Shown here piece by piece: positions 9,503-21,098 of a stretch of DNA of 64,000 nucleotides (positions are counted from its first letter, which is position 1; the number at the start of each line of letters is the position of its first letter). Below the pieces are notes generated by a model. The model saw only the letters and a list, made by a program, of their open reading frames with translations, was not told the DNA's origin and made no database searches. The position numbers and the translations under genes were made by a program. The stretch comes from Patescibacteria group bacterium (GTDB taxonomy: Bacteria; Patescibacteriota; Microgenomatia; UBA10105; UBA927), in NCBI GenBank assembly GCA_035510735.1, contig DATKGN010000002.1, forward strand, positions 125,118-189,117, given 5' to 3'.

Positions 9503-10582
9503 ATGACACAAAGCTCAATTCGTATCGCTATTGTTGGTGTCGGAAACTGCGCCTCGTCGCTCGTTCAGGGATTAACCTACTATAAAAATGTAAAAGGCGA
9601 TGCTCCTGTTGTTGGTCTCATGCACAACAGTATAGGCGGCTACAGTATAAAAAACATTGAAGTTGTCGCTGCATTTGACGTCAATAAAACCAAAGTTGGA
9701 AAAGACGTCGCTGAAGCCATATTCGCCCATCCGAACAATACGAAAAAATTCTCGGACGTTGCTAAGACCGGCGTCATTGTGCAAAACGGGCAGGTATTAG
9801 ACGGCATCGGAGAGTTTGTGAAAGATGTTGTCATCCCAAGCGATGCTCAGATGCCTGATCCCGTTGAGATTTTGAAAAAATCAGGTGCACAGATTCTGGT
9901 CAGCTACCTCCCAGTCGGCAGCCAGAAAGCAACGGAATATTGGGCCAATGTATGTCTCAAGGCAAAAGTTGGTTTGATCAATTGCATACCTGTGTTTATC
10001 GCGTCCAATCCCGAGTGGGCGAAAAGGTTTACGGACGCGGGCGTGCCGATTATCGGCGATGACATTAAGTCCCAGGTAGGCGCAACGATTCTCCACCGGA
10101 CGCTCGTCAATCTCTTTCTTGACCGCGGGATGCCGATTGACCACACGTATCAACTCAACGTGGGCGGCAATACGGACTTCCAAAACATGCTTGAACACGC
10201 ACGTCTGACGAGTAAGAAATTATCGAAAACCCGTTCAGTCACGTCGCAGTTTAAATTGCGGGATAAAACGATTGCTGACGAAGATGTCCATATAGGCCCG
10301 AGCGACTATGTTCCGTGGCTTCACGATAATAAACTCGCGTTCATCAGAATTGAAAGCCGCCACTTCGGCGATATACCGATGAATGTGGAGGTCCGTCTCT
10401 CGGTTGAGGATTCGCCCAATTCCGCGGGCGTCGTTATCGATGCGATCCGCTGTTGTAAGGTCGCTCTTGACCGTAAAGTCGCGGGTCCGCTTGAAGGCCC
10501 AAGCGCATATTTTATGAAATCCCCTCCCCGCCAGATGAACGACCATGAAGCTAAAGCTTCAGTTGAAACGTTTATAAAATAA
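9503..10582 (+). CDS. ino1: myo-inositol-1-phosphate synthase (bacterial/archaeal type)
   Basis: IAIVGVGNCASSLVQG NAD-binding N-terminus, SYLPVGS, IGDDIKSQVGATI, LNVGGNTDF, SPNSAGVVIDAIR; near-collinear with my recollection of actinobacterial Ino1. Confidence 0.9.
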   Translation: MTQSSIRIAIVGVGNCASSLVQGLTYYKNVKGDAPVVGLMHNSIGGYSIKNIEVVAAFDVNKTKVGKDVAEAIFAHPNNTKKFSDVAKTGVIVQNGQVLDGIGEFVKDVVIPSDAQMPDPVEILKKSGAQILVSYLPVGSQKATEYWANVCLKAKVGLINCIPVFIASNPEWAKRFTDAGVPIIGDDIKSQVGATILHRTLVNLFLDRGMPIDHTYQLNVGGNTDFQNMLEHARLTSKKLSKTRSVTSQFKLRDKTIADEDVHIGPSDYVPWLHDNKLAFIRIESRHFGDIPMNVEVRLSVEDSPNSAGVVIDAIRCCKVALDRKVAGPLEGPSAYFMKSPPRQMNDHEAKASVETFIK

Positions 10583-10628
10583 ACTTTCCTTCTGGGTAAT
10601 CCCATCAGCGAAACTATATAAGAATGTA

Positions 10629-11459
10629 TTAAGGATATACTTCTCCAACAGTAGCTAACTGGAATTGCTGCGGTGCCGTCGTCACAGAAATAGCGTCAAG
10701 CGCTTGTGCGAAAAGCTGCGTGCCCTCATCGAGTTTATTGTGCAAACCCGATCGTACGTTATCATGCATCTGTAATGCGTCGATTTTATTACTGCAACTA
10801 CGAAACTCCGGTAAGAGTTCGAGATTTACAAAGTTGCGCCAAAAATCTTGTTCGTTCCGAATACCATTTAAGGGATGAACCGGCGAATAACGCCCGCTTT
10901 TAATGAGTTGACGAAGTACTTCTAAATATTCATAAATATGATACTCACTTCCTCCGAGGCCGTGACGGGATAACCTGATGTTAATAACCGGAATCGATAG
11001 CTGCTCCTGATAGGGTGAAAAATGGTAGCCATTTTTGTTTTTTTTAGACATCTGAAGTGTAACATCAAATAACAAAAACGGTTTGTAGCCGGAGTCCGTC
11101 TCATGTGCGATTAATATATCCGCGCCTCTGGATTTCTTGTTTTTATCAAGAGACTCCGGAGTCAACACAGCCCGCAGCGGAACACCATGATCCGATGGTA
11201 TAGATTGGACAAGACACTGCAATACATCACGCGTCCAAACTTCTGCAAGTTGTGAACGGGCATATCGTTCAGAATCCGGATGAAGTCCATCGCGGCCAAG
11301 GACCCACGCCTTTAAAATCATTGATGTTGATAAAACTTTTCTAAGATCATAAAAATCCGGAGAATACAAATACCCTCCAAGCACTAATGGCGACATCCGT
11401 TCTCGGTAGTAATTTGCGCTTAAATCTGAGGCCGTTATTAGGCCTGGTAATTCATTCAT
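10629..11459 (-). CDS. hypothetical protein (276 aa)
   Basis: ORF convergent with ino1; no motif assigned. Confidence 0.45.
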   Translation of the reverse strand: MNELPGLITASDLSANYYRERMSPLVLGGYLYSPDFYDLRKVLSTSMILKAWVLGRDGLHPDSERYARSQLAEVWTRDVLQCLVQSIPSDHGVPLRAVLTPESLDKNKKSRGADILIAHETDSGYKPFLLFDVTLQMSKKNKNGYHFSPYQEQLSIPVINIRLSRHGLGGSEYHIYEYLEVLRQLIKSGRYSPVHPLNGIRNEQDFWRNFVNLELLPEFRSCSNKIDALQMHDNVRSGLHNKLDEGTQLFAQALDAISVTTAPQQFQLATVGEVYP

Positions 11460-11535
11460 GCGGGCATTCTACTATACGTTAATTCGAAATAAAATATCCG
11501 TTCCGGCACTGGTCAGTTACGAGCAAGTTTCCCAG

Positions 11536-12027
11536 TTACAACTCAAGAGTCTTATAGGTAAACCGAATCCCCACTTCTTCGTGGAACTCATCAAAAAGAA
11601 CTTTTTTAAACCGTGAAAAATCGGGGAAAAACGTGTCAGCTCCCGGAGCCTCGGCGTCAACGATGGTGAGGTATAAACGATCTGCTTTACCTATCACCTG
11701 CGCGTAGATCTGCCCTCCGCCGATGACAAAGATTTCTTCGCTTCCCGGGGATTTATTTGCTACGTCAATAGCTTCATCAAAAGAATGAACGATAACGAAT
11801 CCTTCCTTCTGATAGGTCACATCATGGGTGATGACAATATTTGTCCGACCGGGAAGCGGGGCGCCACCTTTGTATTGGAACGTGGCATGGGTTTTCCTGC
11901 CCATGATAACGGGGTGGCCCCAGGTCAGTTTCTTAAATCTCGGAAGATCGCCGGGGATGTGCCACAGGAGCTCGTTCTTTTCCCCTAATTCTCTATTCTT
12001 TCCTATGACCGCAATAATGGATAACAT
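11536..12027 (-). CDS. folA: dihydrofolate reductase
   Basis: MLSIIAVIGKNRELGEKNELLWHIPGDLPRFKKLTWGHPVIMGRKT classic DHFR N-terminus; 163 aa. Confidence 0.9.
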   Translation of the reverse strand: MLSIIAVIGKNRELGEKNELLWHIPGDLPRFKKLTWGHPVIMGRKTHATFQYKGGAPLPGRTNIVITHDVTYQKEGFVIVHSFDEAIDVANKSPGSEEIFVIGGGQIYAQVIGKADRLYLTIVDAEAPGADTFFPDFSRFKKVLFDEFHEEVGIRFTYKTLEL

Positions 12028-12035
12028 ACCAAAGT

Positions 12036-12119
12036 TGTCATTGCGAGACCGTTCTTACGGCAAAGCAATCTCTCAAAAAATGAGATCGCCACGTCTCGAA
12101 GACTCGACTCGCGATGACA
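12036..12119. repeat. nested palindromic intergenic repeat, copy A (TGTCATTGCGAG...CTCGCGATGACA)
   Basis: 84 bp element between the thyA stop and the folA start; an 11-bp outer inverted repeat plus inner hairpins (ccgttcttacgg; gcaatctct/agagat); homologous to the copies at 48554 and 49533. Confidence 0.7.
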
Positions 12120-12124
12120 AAAAA

Positions 12125-13132
12125 CTAAAACCCACCAACAACAGTTATGTCACCTTTAATCGGCGGGTGCGGATCGTAGCCGACAAGCTCAAAATCCTCG
12201 AATTTGAAATCATCAATATTCTTCACCTTCGGATTGATTTTCATCGTCGGGAATGGCCGCGGAGTCCGTGACAGCTGCTCTTTACACTGATCAAAATGAT
12301 TTTCGTAGATGTGGACATCGCCGAACACATGGACGAAATCACCGGGTTTATAGCCCGTGACCTGCGCAAGCATCATGGTTAAGAGTGCGTATGACGCAAT
12401 ATTAAACGGCACTCCCAGGAAAAGATCCGCACTCCGTTGGTAAAGGAGTAAGGACAACCGGTCGCCGGTGATGTTGATGTGGTACATCGTGTGACACGGT
12501 GCAATGACCATAGAGGCGCTATGGCTCCCGCTCATCTCATAGATACATCCCGCATTCCACGCGGAGATCACATAGTGCTTTTTCATCGGGTACTTTTTTA
12601 TCTTTTCGATCGCCCAACCGAGCTGATCGACCGTACGCGTCCGAAAACCGGGCTTGCCCGCCGAAGCTTCAGCGTAGGTGGGCCACTTGCGCCACTGGAC
12701 GCCGTACACAGGCCCCAACTCTCCCCATTTCTTCAGGAACTTCGGATCGCTTTGGGCATTTTGCATAAATGTCTCAAACGGCATGGGCTTTGCTTTTTTT
12801 CCTGCCTGCGCAGGCAGGTCTTTCACCGCCCATTCGTACTTTTTGTACGCCCACTCGTCCCAAATGTGCACATTGTTGTCGACGAGATATTTGATATTGC
12901 TTGAACCCGAGAGAAACCAGATGAGCTCGTGGATAATACCGCGGGTAAAAACCTTTTTGGTCGTAAGAACCGGGAGGCCTTTTGAAAGGTCATAGCGGCA
13001 CATGCGGCCGAAGACGCTTTTGAGCTTTACGCCGGTCGAGTGGCTTATTTTCCATTTTCCGTTGTCCATGATGTCTTGCATGAGATCAAGATATTGGTAT
13101 TCGGGATGGGTGTGATTGGTTTTTGTAGACAT
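12125..13132 (-). CDS. thyA: thymidylate synthase (ThyA, long form)
   Basis: PCHTMYHINITGDRLSLLLYQRSADLFLGVPFNIASYALLTMMLAQVTGY active-site region; 335 aa. Confidence 0.95.
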   Translation of the reverse strand: MSTKTNHTHPEYQYLDLMQDIMDNGKWKISHSTGVKLKSVFGRMCRYDLSKGLPVLTTKKVFTRGIIHELIWFLSGSSNIKYLVDNNVHIWDEWAYKKYEWAVKDLPAQAGKKAKPMPFETFMQNAQSDPKFLKKWGELGPVYGVQWRKWPTYAEASAGKPGFRTRTVDQLGWAIEKIKKYPMKKHYVISAWNAGCIYEMSGSHSASMVIAPCHTMYHINITGDRLSLLLYQRSADLFLGVPFNIASYALLTMMLAQVTGYKPGDFVHVFGDVHIYENHFDQCKEQLSRTPRPFPTMKINPKVKNIDDFKFEDFELVGYDPHPPIKGDITVVGGF

Positions 13133-13255
13133 ATTTCCCCCTCGTGTTAAAAGCGCTTTCGTTCGTGGTGAAATTTTCTCGAATCGCAGCTCGCGAGATT
13201 GCCTATTTTAGTTGCTTCTCCTTGCTTAGCTCGGTTGCGCTCATCGAAAATTTTA

Positions 13256-13837
13256 TCACTCACCGCGCGAAATCTTTATTGTTTTCAATTCAGTTACGAT
13301 GGCCGTTACCCGAACATCATACGATGAGTGAGGGACTTCTGCAATAACCTGAAAATCATACGCAAGTCCAATTTTAGGAACGGCTATATCTCTCAGTAAT
13401 CGATCGTAATATCCCCTACCCCTTCCGAGGCGGTTTCCTTGTCTGTCAAATGCTATGCCGGGAACAATGAATAGGTCTATTGTTGATATGGGCACTATTG
13501 TGCCTGTATTCCTCGGCTCAAGAATATGGAAAACGCCGGGTGCAAGATCATCAAGCGTTGTGATTTTATAAAGACTCATGACGCTCTTCGAAATAACTTT
13601 CGGCACCACAACGGTCTTTTTTTGCAAAAGTAATGCAGTAATTATCTTCTTTGTATCAACCTCATCGGGAAGTGAAACGTAGGAACAAACAACATTGGCA
13701 TTAATTATTAAAGGAATGTGTATTAATCGCTTCGTTATTAAGTCATCTGCGCGTTTCCGCTCATGTGGTGTAAAACGACGATTCGCGAGCGTAATCCCTT
13801 TTCGTATCGAATCTTTCGCAGTGTGACTATCAAGCAT
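13256..13837 (-). CDS. 5-formyltetrahydrofolate cyclo-ligase
   Basis: GNRLGRGRGYYDR motif, size ~190 aa; start trimmed to M20 (MLDSHTAK) to avoid overlap with the upstream gene. Confidence 0.7.
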   Translation of the reverse strand: MLDSHTAKDSIRKGITLANRRFTPHERKRADDLITKRLIHIPLIINANVVCSYVSLPDEVDTKKIITALLLQKKTVVVPKVISKSVMSLYKITTLDDLAPGVFHILEPRNTGTIVPISTIDLFIVPGIAFDRQGNRLGRGRGYYDRLLRDIAVPKIGLAYDFQVIAEVPHSSYDVRVTAIVTELKTIKISRGE

Positions 13838-13847
13838 AAGAATGTTT

Positions 13848-14480
13848 TCACGAAATTGCCGTCCTCCGCTTTTTTGCTGATATAAATGAAGCAAGCTCAG
13901 CGATGCTAGCGGCGCCGATAAGAGCGCTCCACGCCAGGCGTCCCTGAAACATTACGTGAAGTGTAATTATCCACATGGTGACGTACGTGAGCGCATGGAT
14001 TTTATTCCACCAATCGCCCAGCCACTTCACGCTAAAATCATTGGATGTAATAAAAAGGAAAAAAAGCAATACTGCGGCAATAAGACCGAAGACCTCAAAG
14101 CCCCGTGTCGGCAGAAAGAATCCGCCCATCCCGATTGATGAAAATAACCAAACCGCAGACAGATGATTGATAACAAACATGAAAGAAGCAATACCGATGT
14201 ACCGCCGGAACATCATAAGGATTGAAATAAATTTATGTGATATTCCGTACCTCCGGGCCATGCCGGGGATCGTGGTTAAGATAAAGCAGATAATCGCCGC
14301 CTCAGCGCATTTTTTTCCGAGGGAATAAAACAGATCATAATTCCCCTGTAGAAGCACGAAGACGCGGTACTCGAAGTATAAGAATACGAGCTGAAGGACG
14401 TAAAATATCTGAAATAGTCGGACAATGGTATTTCGCCACGCAACGACGAAGCGGAAAAGAGCATTGATGAATGCATCCAT
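13848..14480 (-). CDS. ferric-reductase-like transmembrane heme-binding protein (MsrQ/YedZ family)
   Basis: 6 TM helices with conserved His in TM helices (FLFITSN...WLGDWWNKIHALTYVTMWIITLHV); start moved to MDAFINALF; no MsrP partner adjacent. Confidence 0.5.
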   Translation of the reverse strand: MDAFINALFRFVVAWRNTIVRLFQIFYVLQLVFLYFEYRVFVLLQGNYDLFYSLGKKCAEAAIICFILTTIPGMARRYGISHKFISILMMFRRYIGIASFMFVINHLSAVWLFSSIGMGGFFLPTRGFEVFGLIAAVLLFFLFITSNDFSVKWLGDWWNKIHALTYVTMWIITLHVMFQGRLAWSALIGAASIAELASFISAKKRRTAIS

Positions 14481-14485
14481 ATACC

Positions 14486-15022
14486 TTATTCTTCGGGCGG
14501 AGCCGGCTGTTCGAGCTGTTCGCCGGGTTTGAGCCAGTGGACGAACGTGCATCCGGTGGCAATTCGTTTCTCCCGGTCCCAACCAGATGTCGAACATTTT
14601 TTCATCCGTTTTCCTGCCGCAGTCGTGTAGAGAACGAGTTTGCTCCCGCACTCCGGACACTCTTCATCCAAAGCAACAGTCGTCCCGTTAATCCACTCGA
14701 TGTAATCGCAACCTGTTGCTTTTTTGGCGACTTTATCCCATCCGCCGGTAGAGCATTTCTTCATCTTTTTGCCGAAGCGTGTAACGACAAGGACGAGCGG
14801 ATTTCCGCATTTCGGACATTTCTCATCTAAGGGCTGTGGTGGCACCTCAAGCCATTTAACGTAGTCGCATCCTTCATTCTTTTTTGTCTCGGAATTCCAG
14901 CGGCCCGTGCTGCATCGCTGCAACCGTTTGCCGCTTGGAGTGGTCGTCACTTCACCGAGCGGGTTACCGCATTTCGGACACACCTCTGTACTGGGTTTAG
15001 AAGAACTGTCTGTTGTATTCAT
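14486..15022 (-). CDS. protein with three tandem topoisomerase-type C4 zinc-ribbon repeats
   Basis: Three ~55-aa repeats of CPKCG-x(n)-CS-x-GxW-x(n)-C-x-Y/F-x-W; 5-nt gap to the downstream MsrQ-like gene. Confidence 0.6.
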   Translation of the reverse strand: MNTTDSSSKPSTEVCPKCGNPLGEVTTTPSGKRLQRCSTGRWNSETKKNEGCDYVKWLEVPPQPLDEKCPKCGNPLVLVVTRFGKKMKKCSTGGWDKVAKKATGCDYIEWINGTTVALDEECPECGSKLVLYTTAAGKRMKKCSTSGWDREKRIATGCTFVHWLKPGEQLEQPAPPEE

Positions 15023-15064
15023 AATTTAGAAATCGTATCACAAATGAGAGGATGAAAAAATAGG

Positions 15065-16033
15065 TCATCTCACAAATTTCAGCATTTCTTCTATGATGGG
15101 ATAGACTTCTTCAGGTTTTTTTGTCTCCATGACGCGCATCCGCCACTGTGACGCTCCGTCAAATCCTCTGAGGTAGATTTTGAAAAACTTTTTGAGAATC
15201 GCATACGGCTTCTTTTTACCCCAAACTTCGGTAAAGAGTTCTATGTGGCGCCGCATGAGATTCATATGTTCACCGATTGAATGGGAAACGCCGGGATGTA
15301 TCCGGTCAAATGCCCACGGATTTTCAAAAATGCCCCGGCCGATCATAATGCCGTCCACATGATATTTTTTGACTTTGGTAAGTCCGTCCGTCGCATCGAC
15401 CACATCACCGTTCCCGATGATGAGCGTATTAACCTTCATCTGATTACGTATGGCCACTGCTTTCCCGATCTCATCCCAGTGCGCAGGAACCTTCGACATC
15501 TCGGCCGCTGTCCTCCCGTGAACCGTTAATGCCGCAATATCAAGAGATAAGAGAAACGAAATCCATTCTTCCGTTGCAATTGATTGAAACCCGATTCTCG
15601 TCTTCACGCTCACCGGAATCTTCCGACCTGCGCCTTCTTTTGTTGCAAGAATGATCTCGCGGCCAAGCGAAGGGTTTTTGATGAGCGCAGCGCACCCGCC
15701 GTGAGCGACCACTTTCTTCTCAGGGCACCCCATATTGATATCAATGCCGTCAAATCCGGCGCTAACCAATTCTTGCGCAGTTCGGTAATAATTTTCTGGG
15801 CGCTTTCCCCAAACCTGAGCGACAATCGGATGTTCACTATCTGCATATTTCAGGCGGTTGGCAACGACATCATGTCCCGCCGATTGGATGCCGTCGACGT
15901 TGGTAAATTCCGTAAAAAATATATCCGGACGGGCACATGAGGCGACGATCTGCCGGAACACGGTATCCGAGACATCCTCCATAGGAGCAAGGATAAATAT
16001 GGGCGTAGCAATAGTTTTCCAAATGGATTTCAT
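15065..16033 (-). CDS. dus: tRNA-dihydrouridine synthase
   Basis: IFILAPMEDVSDTVFRQI FMN TIM-barrel N-terminus; catalytic Cys region GCP; start moved to MKSIWK because the first 11 codons of the ORF track form a perfect hairpin (ccgatggct-gag-agccatcgg). Confidence 0.85.
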   Translation of the reverse strand: MKSIWKTIATPIFILAPMEDVSDTVFRQIVASCARPDIFFTEFTNVDGIQSAGHDVVANRLKYADSEHPIVAQVWGKRPENYYRTAQELVSAGFDGIDINMGCPEKKVVAHGGCAALIKNPSLGREIILATKEGAGRKIPVSVKTRIGFQSIATEEWISFLLSLDIAALTVHGRTAAEMSKVPAHWDEIGKAVAIRNQMKVNTLIIGNGDVVDATDGLTKVKKYHVDGIMIGRGIFENPWAFDRIHPGVSHSIGEHMNLMRRHIELFTEVWGKKKPYAILKKFFKIYLRGFDGASQWRMRVMETKKPEEVYPIIEEMLKFVR

Positions 16034-16204
16034 ATCCGTATTGAAGCTCCGATGGCTGAGAGCCATCGGACTCTTTTATTGTATATCAATCTGCTTCAGG
16101 GATCTTAAAGCTTCAAATCCCACGAAGCGGTATCAACAACGCTTCTACCGAGCGTGTATTGCCCTTCGGGATACCGCGTAGTGGGATTATCGCACAAATA
16201 GGCG

Positions 16205-18680
<2,476 letters not shown>

Positions 18681-18684
18681 AGTA

Positions 18685-20160
18685 TTATTGTTGACTGGAT
18701 TCTCCGGTCACAAACTCTTCCTTCACATCCCCGGCGATGGCAATAATCTTATTCTTAAGTTCATCATCAAACGCACGCTCGTGAATGGCAGAGAGGACAT
18801 CGCCATAGCGCGTCTGGACAAGCTCGCGCACATGGCGTTCAAAATCCCGCCACTGTGTATGATCCAGGTCATCAAAATATCCATGTTCGACGAGATAAAA
18901 GAGAACGACCTGTTCCGCCCAGGGTATCGTCTCATGTTTATCCTGTTTGAGAAGTTCCAAAATGAGCTCTCCTCGATAAATCTTTTTCTTCGATGCTGCA
19001 CTAACTGTCGTTTCAAGCTGGGTCAGTTTCTGGAGCTCCTTTTGCTGAGCTAGTGCCAACCGCAAACCACCGGTGACCTCTTTCAGTGCCGCGTGCTGAG
19101 CTTTGGATCCGACTCGGGAAACCGAGAGTCCGACATTAACGGCGGGGATAAACCCTTTTTGATACAATCCGCGCTCAAGATAAATCTGCCCGTCAGTTAT
19201 GGAGATAATGTTGGTTGCGATATAAGAAGTGATATCACCCTCCTGCGTTTCAATAATCGGGATAGCCGTAATTGATCCGCCACCTAACTCTTTTTTTCGC
19301 TTGCCCGCACGCTCCAATAGTTGTGCATGAAGGGAAAAAACATCTCCGGGGTACGCCTCACGACCCGGCGCGCGCCCGAATAAAAGCGCGGTGTCGCGGT
19401 AACTGTTGGCATGCTTGGTTAAATCGTCGTAAATAATAAGGACATCACTCCCTTTATTTCTCAGGTATTCCGCAATGGTTATGCCAGTGAAGGGGGCAAG
19501 ATAATGAGCGGCATACGAATCGCCGGAGGTCGCGGCCACCACGGTCGTGTAACGGAGTGCGCCTGACTCTTCAAACAGCCCGACGGCCTCCTGAAGTTTT
19601 TGGACCGGCTGGCCGATAAGAACATAGATGCAATACACCTTGGGGTCCGCACGCCGCTGGTGGATAACCATATCCTGTGCTATCGTCGACTTGCCGAGTT
19701 TCCGGTCCCCGATGAGGAGTTCCCGTTGTCCGCGGCCAATGGGCAGCGTGGTGTCTATTATCTTAATTCCAGTCGTAACAGGAGTTGCAACCGGCTCACG
19801 GTCGATGATCGGCATGGCAGGCCCAAATAGTGAAACACGATCGCCCTCAATTTTACCCGGCCGGTCAATGGGATGACCAAATCCGTCAACGACGCGTCCC
19901 ACATACGTATCCGACACCGGGATGCTGACCGGGAGGCCGCTTCTGTACAACGATGACTCAACGTCCAGTTGATCAGTCATGAGGAGCGCATCAACAGCGT
20001 GTTCGTTAAATCCAACGACAACGCCAACTGCCGCCCCGTCTCCGTCTACAAGCGCTTCGTTGAGAAACACATGCGGAAGTCCTGTAATTTTAGCGACCCC
20101 CGAGAATAGAGACTCTATGTGACCGACTTCTTTACGGTGTCTCGTTGTGGTGTATGGCAT
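18685..20160 (-). CDS. atpA: ATP synthase alpha subunit
   Basis: GDRKLGKSTIA P-loop, 491 aa. Confidence 0.95.
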   Translation of the reverse strand: MPYTTTRHRKEVGHIESLFSGVAKITGLPHVFLNEALVDGDGAAVGVVVGFNEHAVDALLMTDQLDVESSLYRSGLPVSIPVSDTYVGRVVDGFGHPIDRPGKIEGDRVSLFGPAMPIIDREPVATPVTTGIKIIDTTLPIGRGQRELLIGDRKLGKSTIAQDMVIHQRRADPKVYCIYVLIGQPVQKLQEAVGLFEESGALRYTTVVAATSGDSYAAHYLAPFTGITIAEYLRNKGSDVLIIYDDLTKHANSYRDTALLFGRAPGREAYPGDVFSLHAQLLERAGKRKKELGGGSITAIPIIETQEGDITSYIATNIISITDGQIYLERGLYQKGFIPAVNVGLSVSRVGSKAQHAALKEVTGGLRLALAQQKELQKLTQLETTVSAASKKKIYRGELILELLKQDKHETIPWAEQVVLFYLVEHGYFDDLDHTQWRDFERHVRELVQTRYGDVLSAIHERAFDDELKNKIIAIAGDVKEEFVTGESSQQ

Positions 20161-20881
20161 AGGTGATGTCTTCCAACAAATGATGGTTTAATTGATAGCC
20201 CGCAAATTCCAGGCGGTACCCGCTGATGAGATCCGGCTTTTCTTTGGTTTCCAGAGAGATTTCCCGTCCGGTTTTATCATGGAGCGTTGACTTCACCCTA
20301 TCGATATCAGCGCCGTCAGGCGCGACACCGTATTCAAGAACGCCGTGCGATGCGTCACCAGAGATTGAGGGAAGCGACGCGATCTCATGAGTGAGTTGTT
20401 CAAGATATCCGCGCTCAAGATCCTTAAGACTATTGGTGTTTGCCATTTTGACAAATGATTCCTTGAGCCGCTGCCGCACCCGACTGGCAAGTTTCTGTTT
20501 TTCCTCATCACGGGCGCTCTCCGCTTCATTTTTGAGCTGCTCGCTCGTTTGATTAAGGAGGACCTGTTTGGCATCTTCTGTTTCCTTTTGAATCGTGAGG
20601 CGTACCATCTCCCCGACCCGTTCCGCTTCTTCAAGAATATGTTCTGAGCGCTTCTTGGCTTCAGTAAGCGTCTGGTCACGCTCTATGATGGTTTTCTTCT
20701 TTTCCTCTTCAAGATGTTTTACATCGTCAACGAGTTTCTGCTTTTCCTTTTCTTCCTTATCAACAAGCTTCATGAGGGGTTTATAGACAAATTTCGTGAG
20801 GATCCACAACAACAGCACAAAGTTGATGATTTGTGCAATGAGCGACCAAAAATCGATACCGAGTGTGCCTAATACTTCCAT
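20132..20881 (-). CDS. atpFH: ATP synthase fused b/delta subunit
   Basis: N-terminal TM helix plus charged coiled-coil (b-like), C-terminal ~90 aa OSCP/delta-like; there is no separate atpH in the operon. Confidence 0.65.
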   Translation of the reverse strand: MEVLGTLGIDFWSLIAQIINFVLLLWILTKFVYKPLMKLVDKEEKEKQKLVDDVKHLEEEKKKTIIERDQTLTEAKKRSEHILEEAERVGEMVRLTIQKETEDAKQVLLNQTSEQLKNEAESARDEEKQKLASRVRQRLKESFVKMANTNSLKDLERGYLEQLTHEIASLPSISGDASHGVLEYGVAPDGADIDRVKSTLHDKTGREISLETKEKPDLISGYRLEFAGYQLNHHLLEDITYAIHHNETP

Positions 20882-20885
20882 ACGT

Positions 20886-21098
20886 TCACGCGATAAACTT
20901 CAAAAGTAACGATACGACAAGCGCGTAAATGGCGATTGCCTCAGCGAAGGCAATTGCAATAATCATTGTCGTCTGAATCTTATCCGCATGCTGGGGGTTT
21001 CGCGCGATTCCTAAGAGCGCCGCAGCTCCTATGATTCCGATTGCCAGCGCCGGTCCTATCGTTCCGACTCCCATGACAAATGCTGTTGCATTATTCAT
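20886..21098 (-). CDS. atpE: ATP synthase c subunit
   Basis: Two-helix hairpin GIIGAAALLGIARNPQ...FAEAIAIYALVV; start trimmed to MNNATAF. Confidence 0.85.
   Translation of the reverse strand: MNNATAFVMGVGTIGPALAIGIIGAAALLGIARNPQHADKIQTTMIIAIAFAEAIAIYALVVSLLLKFIA

Noticed and set aside
14481-14660. 60-codon N-terminal extension of the MsrQ-like ORF
   Set aside because: It overlaps the upstream zinc-ribbon gene in another frame; the internal start MDAFINALF begins right at the first TM helix
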